Origin: Bdellovibrionales bacterium
Lineage (GTDB): Bacteria > Bdellovibrionota > UBA1018 > CAIMNF01
NCBI GenBank assembly: GCA_040380025.1
Contig: JBEIJY010000004.1
Span: forward strand, 45,851 to 109,850
Length of the DNA: 64,000 nt
Direction: 5' to 3'
Both the position numbers and the translations under genes were made by a program. The notes below the pieces were generated by a model that saw nothing but the letters and a program-made list of their open reading frames with translations, did not search any database and had not been told where the DNA came from. Position 1 is the first letter of the stretch. Each line of letters begins with the position of its first letter. Shown one piece after another: positions 45,056 through 55,218 of this stretch.

Positions 45056-46255
45056 TCAGCGCCCCTCGCGAAAATCCGTCCGCTCGATCACGCCACCCTC
45101 GCATCGCCCGACCGCCTGCTGGATCGCGCGCTCGAGCTCGCCCAGATTCCCGGGCCACTCCTGCGCCAGAAGCCAGCTCATCGCGTCCTCCGAGCACGCC
45201 ACCGCAGGAATCCCCCGCTTGCACGACGCCCGCTCGAGAAAGTACGGAATGAAATCCGTACGAAGGTCGTCTTTTCGGTCCTTCAGCGGCTTCAGCAAGA
45301 CCGGGAGCGCCGAGAGCTTGTAAAACAGCTCGACATGAAACGCCCCATCGCGCGCAAGAACGCCCACATCACGAACACTCGTGGCGATGATCCGCGCTCC
45401 GGCCGGAATACCCCTCACTCCCCCCACCCGCACGAAGGACTCGTTCTCGAGTGCCGTGAAGAGCTGGTTTTGCGCCTCGACCGACAGGGCGTCGACTTCT
45501 TCCAAAAACAAAGTTCCCGTTTGCGCGAGCTCGAGCGCACCGGGCTTCGAGAACCAGTGCATGGGGCCCGCGCCCTTTTCGACGCCGAACAGCTCGGTCG
45601 GCTGGAACACGGCGGGCACCGCCGCGCAGTTCAGCTGAAGAAACGGCTCGCGCGCGCGCACTGACTTGCGATGGATCTCGTGCGCGAGGCTTCGGGCTCC
45701 GGTACCGGCGGGCCCGGTCATCAGAACCGGCGCCTCGGAGCGCGAAGCGCGCTCGACCTCGGCACGAAGACTCGCGGCCTCGGGGCTTTTGCCAAAAAGC
45801 GGAATCGGGACCGGCCCCACCCCCGAAGCGCTCATCCACTCGGCTCCGGATTTACCCATGAGCCCGCTCCCCGGCTCCCGGTTTCGGCGAATGCGGCTTT
45901 CGGAGGCCTTGCGCAGAATCCGGAACAGTTCCTCGTTCTGGAACGGCTTCAGCACGAAATCAAACGCGCCTTCGCGCATGGCCGCAACCGCGCGCTCGAT
46001 CGTTCCGTAGGCCGTGATCAAGATCACCGGCAGATCGGGGGCGTAGCGTTTGCAATACGCGAGCACGTCCATGCCCGAGGCGTCCGGCATCTGAAGATCG
46101 GTGATCACGACATCGATCGACTCGGTCTGAAGCGCGGGCTTCGCCTCGTCCCATCCGGCGAACGAGAGCACATCATAGCCCTGCCGGGTCAGGGTCTCGT
46201 GGAGGATCGTCCGCAGATTAGGCTCGTCATCAATGATCAGGATCTGGTCGCGCAT
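45056..46255 (-). CDS. NtrC-like response regulator with degenerate AAA+ domain and no HTH
   Basis: Intact receiver (IDDE, TDLQMP, ITAYG, LKPF); sigma54-activator scaffold NCAA, ELFG, WPGN with altered key motifs. Confidence 0.85.
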   Translation of the reverse strand: MRDQILIIDDEPNLRTILHETLTRQGYDVLSFAGWDEAKPALQTESIDVVITDLQMPDASGMDVLAYCKRYAPDLPVILITAYGTIERAVAAMREGAFDFVLKPFQNEELFRILRKASESRIRRNREPGSGLMGKSGAEWMSASGVGPVPIPLFGKSPEAASLRAEVERASRSEAPVLMTGPAGTGARSLAHEIHRKSVRAREPFLQLNCAAVPAVFQPTELFGVEKGAGPMHWFSKPGALELAQTGTLFLEEVDALSVEAQNQLFTALENESFVRVGGVRGIPAGARIIATSVRDVGVLARDGAFHVELFYKLSALPVLLKPLKDRKDDLRTDFIPYFLERASCKRGIPAVACSEDAMSWLLAQEWPGNLGELERAIQQAVGRCEGGVIERTDFREGR

Positions 46256-48209
46256 CGGCATACTCCACCCTCACTTCGGTTCCTTGCCCGGCCTGCGAGC
46301 GGATCGAAACCCGCCCGCCGTCGAAGCGCACGAGCTTTTCGACGATCGAAAGCCCGAGTCCTGTTCCTTCCCGAAAAGAAGTAAAAAAAGGCTCAAACGC
46401 CCGGGCAAGGGCCTCTTCACTCATTCCGGTTCCGTTGTCGCTCACGATGAATCCCGTGCGAAAGGTCAGAACCCGCACCACCGGATTGCTCCGATCGTGA
46501 AGTGCCTTCACGCTGTTCTGGATGAGGTTCATCAGCACCTGCCGGACGGAATCGGGCGCCACCTCGGCCCGGACCGGGAACTCGCCCGGGTTCCATTCCA
46601 GCCGGATTCCGCCCGGAATCCCGGGCCGGATCTGCCCGATCACGGTCTCCACCAGCGCATTCAAGTCGATGCGCTCGCGCGTTTCTTTTTGATCGCGCGA
46701 AAAATCGAGAAACTGAGTGACCAGCCGGTTCAAGCGATCGACCTCTTCGCGAATCACCTTCGTCCAGGGCCCCGAGCCGGGATCCAGAAGATCGGCCGCC
46801 CCGCGGATCGCACCCAAGGGGTTCCGGACCTCGTGGGCAAGGCCCGCCGCCATCTCGCCCAGAAGCACGAGCCGCTCGCGTTCGCGCGTCGCCTCGAGCT
46901 GAAGGATCCGCGAGGCATGGCCCGCGATCTCGTGCAAGATCTCGATCAGCAGGAACGACGCGTGCATTCCCAAAAACCCTTCGACGCCGATCCATCCCTC
47001 GATTTTTTCGGTACGGGCCACTTTTTCGGCCCGAACCACGGCGAAGGCGATCGTCACGCGATTGGAGCGCAAAAACCGGATCAGCCGGTCGAGCTCGCGC
47101 CTCCGGGAGCGGATCAGCACCTGCTCCCGCTCGCGTTCGAGCGGCTCGCGCCATAACACGGGCGCTTGTTTTTCGTCCGAAAGGCGCTCGAAGTGGCGGA
47201 GAACCGCCTCGGGAAGAACCGATCCGCCCGCGGAATCGAGCACAAACCGCAGACCCGCAACCCCGTACTGCCGTGCGAGGAACTCGAGCGAGGCCTCCCG
47301 GAGCTCGTCTAGAGCTGTGATGCCCGGAAGCCGCAGGCGGAACTCCTCGAGCGCCCGAAGACGGGCTTCGGCATCGGTGCGGAACACGCTCCGCGCGAGA
47401 TGGCGAAAGAACAGCAAGAGCGGGCTCCACAGGGCGAGCACCGCGAACGAAATCAAAAACGAGTTCAGCAGAAAAAGCGGAAAGCTCACACTGAAGTAGG
47501 AATACAAAAGCGCGAAGAATCCCGTGATGATGAGCGAGACCGTAAGGATGGCGAAGAAGCGCGAGACCAGCGCCTCGAGCCCCAGGATTTTACGCGGATG
47601 CAGGAGCTGGCTCAAAAAGAACAGATAAAGCGCGGCGAGAAGGTTCCCGATCGAAGGAAGCACAAACCCGAGCGCGGGGACATGATCGAACGTGCAAAGC
47701 GAGAGCGTGAGCGCGAGTCCCGCATGCAGAAGCACCCGCCGTGAAACCGAAAGCGAACCGGCCCGGGTGGAGTCCGAACGCCAAAGATCGAGCCCGAGAA
47801 TCTGCAAGTAACGGATCAAAATCAGCGTCGGAAAAAACAGCACGAGGGTTCGGAAGACCCCGGGCGTTCCGAGCGAGAACGCGATCATGAATCCGAGAAC
47901 CGCGGCACCGGACACCGAGAGCCAAAACATCGGGCGTCCGAGACGATCCCGATCGCGGAGGAAGATCCGCGAGGCAAGCTCGAGCGCGAGCGGCACCAAC
48001 AGGACATTGCAAAACAGGTGAATATCGTACGAAAGGCGCCCGGCGAGGGTCACATGCGAGACGAATCCGAGCGCCCAGACGGCGATGCAAAAACAGAGGG
48101 CTGCGAAGAGGATCGAGACCTTGTTCCGCCAGTCGCGGACGAGCGTCCACCCGCCGAGCGAGAGGCTGATCAGCCCCAGAACCAAAGCCGTTTGCGCCAG
48201 GAGATTCAT
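46230..48209 (-). CDS. Membrane sensor histidine kinase
   Basis: Multi-TM N-terminus; H-box LAHEVRNPLGAI, NLIQNS, DNGTGM, FEPFFT, GTGLGL. Confidence 0.92.
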   Translation of the reverse strand: MNLLAQTALVLGLISLSLGGWTLVRDWRNKVSILFAALCFCIAVWALGFVSHVTLAGRLSYDIHLFCNVLLVPLALELASRIFLRDRDRLGRPMFWLSVSGAAVLGFMIAFSLGTPGVFRTLVLFFPTLILIRYLQILGLDLWRSDSTRAGSLSVSRRVLLHAGLALTLSLCTFDHVPALGFVLPSIGNLLAALYLFFLSQLLHPRKILGLEALVSRFFAILTVSLIITGFFALLYSYFSVSFPLFLLNSFLISFAVLALWSPLLLFFRHLARSVFRTDAEARLRALEEFRLRLPGITALDELREASLEFLARQYGVAGLRFVLDSAGGSVLPEAVLRHFERLSDEKQAPVLWREPLEREREQVLIRSRRRELDRLIRFLRSNRVTIAFAVVRAEKVARTEKIEGWIGVEGFLGMHASFLLIEILHEIAGHASRILQLEATRERERLVLLGEMAAGLAHEVRNPLGAIRGAADLLDPGSGPWTKVIREEVDRLNRLVTQFLDFSRDQKETRERIDLNALVETVIGQIRPGIPGGIRLEWNPGEFPVRAEVAPDSVRQVLMNLIQNSVKALHDRSNPVVRVLTFRTGFIVSDNGTGMSEEALARAFEPFFTSFREGTGLGLSIVEKLVRFDGGRVSIRSQAGQGTEVRVEYADARPDPDH

Positions 48210-48869
48210 TCACGCCCCGAAGAACACGAAGGCGATCCAGAGGGCGAGTCCGCTCACGAGGGGAATCGAGAAGTTGTCGTCGATCTCGAGCGGGAGCATC
48301 TCGGCCCCGCCACCTGCGATTCCCCCGGCAAGCGAGATCAGCGCGGCATGCGAAGCCGGGTGCCCCGAATACAGCAAAAAGCAGAAGGTGATGAGGCAAC
48401 AGATTCCCATGCCGGCGGCCGTACCGATCAGGGACTTGCCGTTTCCGAAGCGCGGCCCCAGGTGCCCCCAGGTGATCCCGAAGATTGACGAGATCGGATC
48501 CCCGATCGCCAAGAATAAAATCGAGAGAACCGCGATGTCCTTCGGGAAAATCGCAACCGAGAGCAAGACCGAGCCCACATAGAAGGGGGTACCCGTGACC
48601 CGATTCACCTCGTTTTTACGCATGATCGGCCCCATGACCCGGATTGCGAACGCATTCAGGCGGGGGAACAACAAGCGCGCGTATTCGGCCGTCAAAAAGA
48701 ACGCAAGACCCGAGGCGAGGAGCAGGACGCAAACCCATTGGGGCGTTCCGAGTCCGTACACGAGGGCCATGAATACCCCCATGCCACAGTGCCAGATCTT
48801 TCGGGCCAGATGGAGGTCATTCCGAAGTCGGAGCCGCCAAGCGGGTGACGCTGGTTCGGTTTTAGACAT
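48210..48869 (-). CDS. Polyprenol/diacylglycerol kinase-like (cytidylyltransferase family) membrane protein
   Basis: ARKIWH, LAIGDP, GKSLIG, IDDNFSIP. Confidence 0.85.
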   Translation of the reverse strand: MSKTEPASPAWRLRLRNDLHLARKIWHCGMGVFMALVYGLGTPQWVCVLLLASGLAFFLTAEYARLLFPRLNAFAIRVMGPIMRKNEVNRVTGTPFYVGSVLLSVAIFPKDIAVLSILFLAIGDPISSIFGITWGHLGPRFGNGKSLIGTAAGMGICCLITFCFLLYSGHPASHAALISLAGGIAGGGAEMLPLEIDDNFSIPLVSGLALWIAFVFFGA

Positions 48870-48877
48870 GCGCCCTC

Positions 48878-48926
48878 AGTATACCGATCCAAACTTACTT
48901 GACAATCCTGCCCTGTAAACTACCCT
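48878..48926. promoter_or_regulatory. Overlapping divergent sigma70-type promoters
   Basis: Plus TTGACA-16-TACCCT (48899..48926); minus TTGTCA-16-TATACT (48905..48878). Confidence 0.45.
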
Positions 48927-48953
48927 GAAGAGAGGGCTGTTTTAACGAAAATC

Positions 48954-49931
48954 ATGGCAGAACCGAATCATACGCTGAATCACGGACGATTTCTCTCGAA
49001 GCAGATCTGGGCCATCGGCGGCGGCAAAGGCGGCGTCGGGAAAAGCCTGATCTCGTCGTCGATCGCATATTGTCTGGCGAAGCTCGGTCGATCGACCATC
49101 GCCATCGATCTCGACCTCGGGGGAGCGAACCTGCACACGGTTCTCGGGCAACCCCCTCCTCGCAAGTGCGTCTCGGATTTTTTGAACGGCTCGACCGGAC
49201 TCCTCGAGGAGTGCATCGTGCAAACGGAGTTTCCGAATTTGAGCCTGATCGGCGGCGCAAAAGACGACCTCCGCATCACCCAGGCCACCCCGGAGCGGAT
49301 CCGGGCGCTGAAGGATGCGATCCGGAATCTGAATGCCGAGTTCGTGATCCTCGATCTCGGCGCAGGCACCAGCCCCTACACGATCGAATTCTTCAATCTC
49401 TCGGATGTCCGGATCATCACGACCCTGCCCGAGCCCACCTCGATCGAGAACGCGTACCGGTTTTTGAAGACCGCCTATTATCAGAACTTTCTCGATCGCC
49501 CCGAGCTGGCCGCCCTTCGCCCGCTTGTGGAATCGGCGATGACCCCCGATGGTCGCTCGGGCATCCGCTCGCCCCAGCAACTCCTGATCGAAGCGGGAAA
49601 AATCGACTCCCTCGTGGCCGACCGTCTCAAGGCGGCCATTCAGGAGTGGCGGGTGGCGCTCGTGCTGAATCAGTCGCGTTCGCAAATGGACATCGACATC
49701 GGGATTTCGATGAAGAGCGTCGCGAAGAAATACTTCGGAATCGAGCTCGATTACCTCGGATTCGTGGAGTACGAGCCGAATGTATGGCAATCCGTACGAA
49801 AAATGCGGCCCATTCTTGCGGAATTTCCGGGCTCCCGGGTCGCGCTCCATATGGAACGAATCGTGAATTACCTGTTGAAACGTCCGAACATCGGGACTAC
49901 TCTCGGCCAAAAGACCCATGCATCTGAATGA
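48954..49931 (+). CDS. MinD/FlhG-like P-loop ATPase
   Basis: GGGKGGVGKS, DLDLGGANLH, ILDLGAGT, PEPTSIENAY. Confidence 0.88.
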   Translation: MAEPNHTLNHGRFLSKQIWAIGGGKGGVGKSLISSSIAYCLAKLGRSTIAIDLDLGGANLHTVLGQPPPRKCVSDFLNGSTGLLEECIVQTEFPNLSLIGGAKDDLRITQATPERIRALKDAIRNLNAEFVILDLGAGTSPYTIEFFNLSDVRIITTLPEPTSIENAYRFLKTAYYQNFLDRPELAALRPLVESAMTPDGRSGIRSPQQLLIEAGKIDSLVADRLKAAIQEWRVALVLNQSRSQMDIDIGISMKSVAKKYFGIELDYLGFVEYEPNVWQSVRKMRPILAEFPGSRVALHMERIVNYLLKRPNIGTTLGQKTHASE

Positions 49932-50565
49932 CGGGCCGCTCAGCCTCTATGATGTTCTCGAACTCACTCCCGATGCGACTCCGCAGGAGATCCGCTCGGC
50001 GTATTTGCGGCTGAAATCCGCCTACTCGAAAGACAGCGTCGCCCATTACAGCGTGTTTTCGCGCGAGGAAACCGAGCAACTGCTCCAGAACGTCGAAAAC
50101 GCCTATCTTGTCCTCTCGAACCCCGAAAAAAGACGATCCTACGATGAAACGCAGGGCTTTCGTCCCGCCTCGAATGATCCTCTGAGCAGTTCCGATCTTG
50201 CCGGACTCACCGCGATGCACATTCCGCAGGTGCGCACCGAAGAAAGAATTTCGCCCTTTTCGCCGGCAGAGACCATGGCGAGCGACATCGATTTGGTGAT
50301 CCGGAACGAGCAGAACTGGAGCGGCCCCGCGATCAGACGAATTCGCGAGGCTCGACGAATCAGCCTCGAAGAACTTTCGGACCATACCCGCATCTCGCGC
50401 ACTTACCTGACTGCGCTCGAAGAAGAAAACTACCAGAAGCTCCCGGCCCTGGTGTACGTGCGCGGGTTCCTTCAGCAAGTGGGCCGGAGACTCAAGATCC
50501 CGTCGGATGTTCTCGCGGGACAATACATCGAGCGGATGCGCGCCTCTTTTCCGGACAAACAGTGA
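49918..50565 (+). CDS. DnaJ-like domain plus RodZ-like HTH protein
   Basis: LYDVLEL..EIRSAY..AYLVLSNPEKRRSYD; C-terminal REARRISLEELS..LEEENY..YVRGFL. Confidence 0.8.
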   Translation: MHLNDGPLSLYDVLELTPDATPQEIRSAYLRLKSAYSKDSVAHYSVFSREETEQLLQNVENAYLVLSNPEKRRSYDETQGFRPASNDPLSSSDLAGLTAMHIPQVRTEERISPFSPAETMASDIDLVIRNEQNWSGPAIRRIREARRISLEELSDHTRISRTYLTALEEENYQKLPALVYVRGFLQQVGRRLKIPSDVLAGQYIERMRASFPDKQ

Positions 50566-51563
50566 TGCAAGACCGGAAGTTCACCCTGATCGCACCGGAC
50601 TCCACAGGAGAACGGGCGGACAAATCGCTTCAGGAGATTTTTTCGGAAGACGACGGAATTCCCCCGCTTTCGCGCTCCCACATTCAGAAGCTGCTCGAAT
50701 CGGGAATGATCCTTGTGAACGGATTCCCCTTACGGGCGAAAGATCCGGTTCCCTCCGGCGCGCTCGTCGAGCTCACCGTTCCTGCTCCCGTTGCGATCTC
50801 GGTCGAACCCGAAGACATTCCGATCGAGATCTTGTTCGAGGACGCGCACCTGCTGGTCGTGAACAAGGCCCCCGGGCTCACCGTCCACCCTTCAGAGACG
50901 CAAAAATCAGGCACGCTCGTGAACGCGCTGCTCTTCCACGTGAAGGACCTCTCGGGAATCGGTGGCAAGCTCCGGCCGGGGATCGTCCATCGGATCGACA
51001 AGGACACCTCGGGCGCCCTGGTGGTCAGCAAGACGGACGAGGCCCATGCCGGCCTTTCGAAACTGTTTGCAACCCACGACATCGACCGTCGCTACTGGGC
51101 CGTTTGTTACGGGTCCCCGGCATGGGACGGGCCGGAGATCCTGCGCACGAGCATCGGAAGAAGCCCCGTGGACCGCAAAAAAATGGCCGTGGATGTGCGG
51201 AACGGACGGGACGCCGTATCGCGCTTCACGGTTCTGGAACGCTTCGGGTCTGCCGGAAAAACCCCGCATGCCTCGCTGATCGAGGCGAAACTCGAAACGG
51301 GCCGCACCCATCAGGTGCGGGTGCACCTGACTCATTTGGGGCACTCCCTCCTCGGTGACCCGGTGTACGGAAGTCCTAGCCCGAACCAGCACAAGTGGAA
51401 GATGCTACCGACCGAGGTCCGGAGCGCCGTCGAAGCCCTGCCCGGACAGGCCCTGCATGCGCGGGTTTTGGGGTTCGTTCACCCCGTCACAGGCGAGAAA
51501 CTCCACTTCACCGCGCCCCTTTTCCCGGAGCTCCAGACCCTGCTCGAAGCGTTAAGAAAATAA
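50565..51563 (+). CDS. rluD: RluA/RluD family pseudouridine synthase
   Basis: S4-like N-terminus, VHRIDKDTSG, LETGRTHQVRVH, QALHA. Confidence 0.9.
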   Translation: MQDRKFTLIAPDSTGERADKSLQEIFSEDDGIPPLSRSHIQKLLESGMILVNGFPLRAKDPVPSGALVELTVPAPVAISVEPEDIPIEILFEDAHLLVVNKAPGLTVHPSETQKSGTLVNALLFHVKDLSGIGGKLRPGIVHRIDKDTSGALVVSKTDEAHAGLSKLFATHDIDRRYWAVCYGSPAWDGPEILRTSIGRSPVDRKKMAVDVRNGRDAVSRFTVLERFGSAGKTPHASLIEAKLETGRTHQVRVHLTHLGHSLLGDPVYGSPSPNQHKWKMLPTEVRSAVEALPGQALHARVLGFVHPVTGEKLHFTAPLFPELQTLLEALRK

Positions 51564-51670
51564 CGCAATTTCCCGACCTTTTCGCTTTTAAAACACCCTG
51601 AAAACAATTGCCTAAAGCTGCCCTCTCCGCACGCCGAATGGTTCCTTGAGTACAACCTGTTGGAGGGTAA

Positions 51671-54151
51671 ATGGTAACAAACTACGATGGCGAGCAGATC
51701 GAGATTCCCCACACACTTCCGATGTTGCCGGTTCGGGACATTGTCGTATTTCCCTACATGATCATCCCCCTTTTCGTCGGGCGTGATTCCTCGATTCGAA
51801 GTGTCGAGGAAGCACTGACCAAGACGGACAAACTGATCTTTCTTTCGTCCCAAAAGAACATCGCGGACGAGCAACCGACCCCGGAGGGAATCTACGAGAC
51901 GGGCACTGTCGCCATGATCATCCGGATGCGCAAGCTCCCGGACGGACGGATCAAGATTCTGACTCAGGGGCTCTGCAAGGCGCGGGTGAAGCGATTCACC
52001 CAGACCCAGCCTTTCTACGAGGTGCAGGTCGATCAGATCCAGGAAGTGCTGACCGAGAAGAAATCCGAATCCGAAGCGCTCATGCGCACGATCAAAGAAC
52101 AGATCGAGCGCATGATCAGCCTGGGCAAGGTCCTCGCTCCCGACATCATGATGGTCCTCGAGGACATCCAGGACCCCTCCCGCATGGCGGACCTCGTGGC
52201 CTCGAACCTCGGGCTGAAAGTCAGCGTGGCGCAAGAAGTCCTCGAGATCCATGAGCCCTTCCAGAAGCTCCAGAAGATCAACGAGATCCTGAACAAGGAA
52301 ACCGAGGTCCTCTCGATCCAGGCGAAGATCCGCTCGCAGACGAAAGAGGAAATCACGAAGTCGCAGAAAGAGTACTTCCTGCGCGAGCAGATGAAGCAGA
52401 TCAAAAGCGAACTTGGCGACAACGATCCTCGCGCCGAAGAAATGAACGAGCTTCGCGAAAAGGTGCTCTCATCGAAAATGCCTCAAGCAGTCGAGCAAGA
52501 GACGATGAAGCAGCTCCAGCGTCTGGAGCGCATGCATCCCGAGAGCTCGGAAGCGTCGATGATGCGGACCTACGTGGAATGGATGATCGACACCCCGTGG
52601 TCGAAAGCAAGCGAGGACAATCTCGACCTCGACCACGCGATGGAGATCCTCGACGAGGATCACTACAAGCTCGAAAAAATCAAAGAGCGGATCATCGAGT
52701 TTCTCGCGGTGAGAAAGCTCAAGAAAGACAACCTGAAGGGGCCGATCCTGTGCTTCTCGGGACCTCCGGGGGTCGGAAAGACCTCACTCGGAAAATCCAT
52801 CGCCAAGGCCTTGGGCCGCGAATTCGTGCGGATCTCGCTCGGCGGCGTGAAGGACGAGGCGGAAATCCGCGGGCATCGACGAACCTATGTGGGCGCGCTT
52901 CCCGGCCGGATCATCCAGGGCCTGAAGCAGGCCGGAACGAACAATCCGGTGTTCATCCTGGACGAGCTCGACAAGATGGGTAGCGACTACAAGGGCGATC
53001 CGTCGGCGGCTCTTCTCGAGGTGCTCGACCCGGAACAGAACTACGCCTTCCGCGACCACTATCTGAACGTGCCGATTGACCTCACGAACGTGATGTTCAT
53101 CACCACCTGCAACCAGCTCGACCAGATCCCTGCGCCGCTCCGCGACCGCATGGAGGTGATCCAGCTCTCGGGGTACACCCAGGAAGAAAAATACTTCATC
53201 TGTCGCAGGTATTTGATTCCGAAGCAGGTGCAAGAGAACGGCCTCTCGGACGCGCAGATCGAGTTCACCGATGAGGGGATCCAGTCGATCATCGACAACT
53301 ACACCCGCGAGGCCGGACTCCGGAACCTCGAGCGTCTGGTCGGCACCGTGTGCCGGAAGACCGCGCGCTTCGTCGCCGAAGGCCGAACCACCACCACCCG
53401 CATTGATGCGGAATGCGTGGCGAAGTTTCTCGGGCCGGCGGTGTACTCCCGCGAGGACGAGCAGGACAAAGACGAGGTCGGAATTTCGACCGGTCTGGCC
53501 TGGACCTCGGTCGGAGGCGAGATCCTGTACGTCGAAACCGCGATCACCCGCGGCAAGGGCGGCATGCTCCTCACCGGCCAGCTCGGGGACGTCATGAAGG
53601 AATCGGGCCAGGCGGCGCTCGGGCTGATCCGCTGGAGAGCCGCGGATTTCGGGATCAACTCGGATGTGCTGAGCGAGACCGACATCCACGTGCACTTCCC
53701 GCAGGGAGCGGTCCCGAAAGACGGTCCCTCGGCCGGAATCACAATGGCCACCGCGATCATCTCGCGCCTGACCGGAATTCCGGTAAGGAAGGATGTCGCG
53801 ATGACCGGAGAAATCACCCTGACCGGAAGGGTGCTCCCGATCGGCGGCTTGAAAGAAAAATCACTCGCGGCGATGAGGCACGGAATCCGGACCATCATCA
53901 TCCCCGAGAAGAACCGGAAGGACCTCGAGGAGATCCCCGAGGAGTACCGCAAGGTGCTGAACTTCGTACCGGTGAAGTCGATCGACGAGGTGCTCGAAGT
54001 GGCCCTCGCTCGCAAAATCAAGCCGATCGAGTCCTCGCTCCCTGGGGCGGGCGGAAACGCAAGCGAGATCCGGCCCTCCAAGAACAAGAAACAAAAACCC
54101 GTGGCTGCAGCCGAACCGGCGGTTGCCAAGGGACTGAAACGGGCTTCGTAG
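51671..54151 (+). CDS. lon: ATP-dependent protease La
   Basis: GPPGVGKTS, IRGHRRTYVG, PKDGPSAG, IGGLKEK. Confidence 0.97.
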   Translation: MVTNYDGEQIEIPHTLPMLPVRDIVVFPYMIIPLFVGRDSSIRSVEEALTKTDKLIFLSSQKNIADEQPTPEGIYETGTVAMIIRMRKLPDGRIKILTQGLCKARVKRFTQTQPFYEVQVDQIQEVLTEKKSESEALMRTIKEQIERMISLGKVLAPDIMMVLEDIQDPSRMADLVASNLGLKVSVAQEVLEIHEPFQKLQKINEILNKETEVLSIQAKIRSQTKEEITKSQKEYFLREQMKQIKSELGDNDPRAEEMNELREKVLSSKMPQAVEQETMKQLQRLERMHPESSEASMMRTYVEWMIDTPWSKASEDNLDLDHAMEILDEDHYKLEKIKERIIEFLAVRKLKKDNLKGPILCFSGPPGVGKTSLGKSIAKALGREFVRISLGGVKDEAEIRGHRRTYVGALPGRIIQGLKQAGTNNPVFILDELDKMGSDYKGDPSAALLEVLDPEQNYAFRDHYLNVPIDLTNVMFITTCNQLDQIPAPLRDRMEVIQLSGYTQEEKYFICRRYLIPKQVQENGLSDAQIEFTDEGIQSIIDNYTREAGLRNLERLVGTVCRKTARFVAEGRTTTTRIDAECVAKFLGPAVYSREDEQDKDEVGISTGLAWTSVGGEILYVETAITRGKGGMLLTGQLGDVMKESGQAALGLIRWRAADFGINSDVLSETDIHVHFPQGAVPKDGPSAGITMATAIISRLTGIPVRKDVAMTGEITLTGRVLPIGGLKEKSLAAMRHGIRTIIIPEKNRKDLEEIPEEYRKVLNFVPVKSIDEVLEVALARKIKPIESSLPGAGGNASEIRPSKNKKQKPVAAAEPAVAKGLKRAS

Positions 54152-54176
54152 AAGCCGCAGAATGTACTCCAACAGG

Positions 54177-54212
54177 AAATCCCGGGCCGGTCAGCCGGTC
54201 CGGGATTTTTCT
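54177..54212 (+). terminator. Rho-independent terminator after lon
   Basis: AAATCCCGGGCCGG-TCAG-CCGGTCCGGGATTT then T-rich tail. Confidence 0.8.
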
Positions 54213-54246
54213 TTCCGTCCATGCTATGAAAGAATGACTCGGAACG

Positions 54247-55218
54247 ATGACAACCCTTTTGCTTTGCATTTTTTTAATCAGCTGTTCGTTCGTTCTCTCT
54301 TCGAGCGAGATCGCGATCTTCTCGCTCTCGCGGGTCCAGCTCAAAAAGATCAAGGACCAATCGGAGCCCGTATTCCGGCGCATCCGCACCCTGATCGGAG
54401 ACTCGGTCGGACTCCTGATCACGGTTCTGCTGTTCAACGAAATCGTGAATATCTCGCTTGCCTCGATCATCACCTCGACTTGGGTCGCGCCGCTCGATCT
54501 CGGCATCCGTGAGGCGACTCTTCTCGGGGTTGCGATCACGACTCCGGTGATCCTGTTTTGCTGCGAGCTGACTCCGAAGGTCATCGCCACCCGCGCGAAC
54601 CGGATGATCATCTCGCTGTTCCTGCCTGTCTTGTACGTGCTCTATTTGCTGACCCGGCCCTTGGTTGCCTTGATCCGTCTTTTTCTGCCCTCCCAGCCGG
54701 TTCCCGAACTGCACAAGCTCCATGAGGAAGACTTCATCATCCTCGCCGAAGAACAGACCGAGACCGGGAATCTGAACGAAACCGAGCTGGAGCTCATCAA
54801 AAACGTATTCGAGATGGATGACACCCGGGTCGAACAGATCGCCACCCCGATCCGGAAGGTCTTCACCCTGCCCTCGCACCTGAATCTCGAGCAGTCCTAC
54901 CAGGCCATTCTGCGCGAGAAGGCTTATTCCCGGATTCCAATCCACGGCGGATCAAAAGAAGAGATCGTCGGCGTCCTGAACACCAAGGACATCGTCGAGC
55001 TGAAGGTCCGCGCCGAGGCCCGAAATGAGAGCATCATGACCCTTTCGAATGATCCGCTCATTGTGCCGGGCTCGATCAGCATCGATGCGCTCTTCCGAAA
55101 GATGAAGAACAAGAAGGTGCAAGTGGCGTTCATCAAGAATACGGCCGGAAAAGTGACCGGCCTGATCACGCTTCAAGACATCCTGGACACGCTGGTCGAG
55201 GAGGCCTTCGAGGAATGA
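54247..55218 (+). CDS. CNNM/CBS domain membrane protein
   Basis: SSSEIAIFSL, ELTPK, YSRIPIH, GLITLQDI. Confidence 0.85.
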   Translation: MTTLLLCIFLISCSFVLSSSEIAIFSLSRVQLKKIKDQSEPVFRRIRTLIGDSVGLLITVLLFNEIVNISLASIITSTWVAPLDLGIREATLLGVAITTPVILFCCELTPKVIATRANRMIISLFLPVLYVLYLLTRPLVALIRLFLPSQPVPELHKLHEEDFIILAEEQTETGNLNETELELIKNVFEMDDTRVEQIATPIRKVFTLPSHLNLEQSYQAILREKAYSRIPIHGGSKEEIVGVLNTKDIVELKVRAEARNESIMTLSNDPLIVPGSISIDALFRKMKNKKVQVAFIKNTAGKVTGLITLQDILDTLVEEAFEE

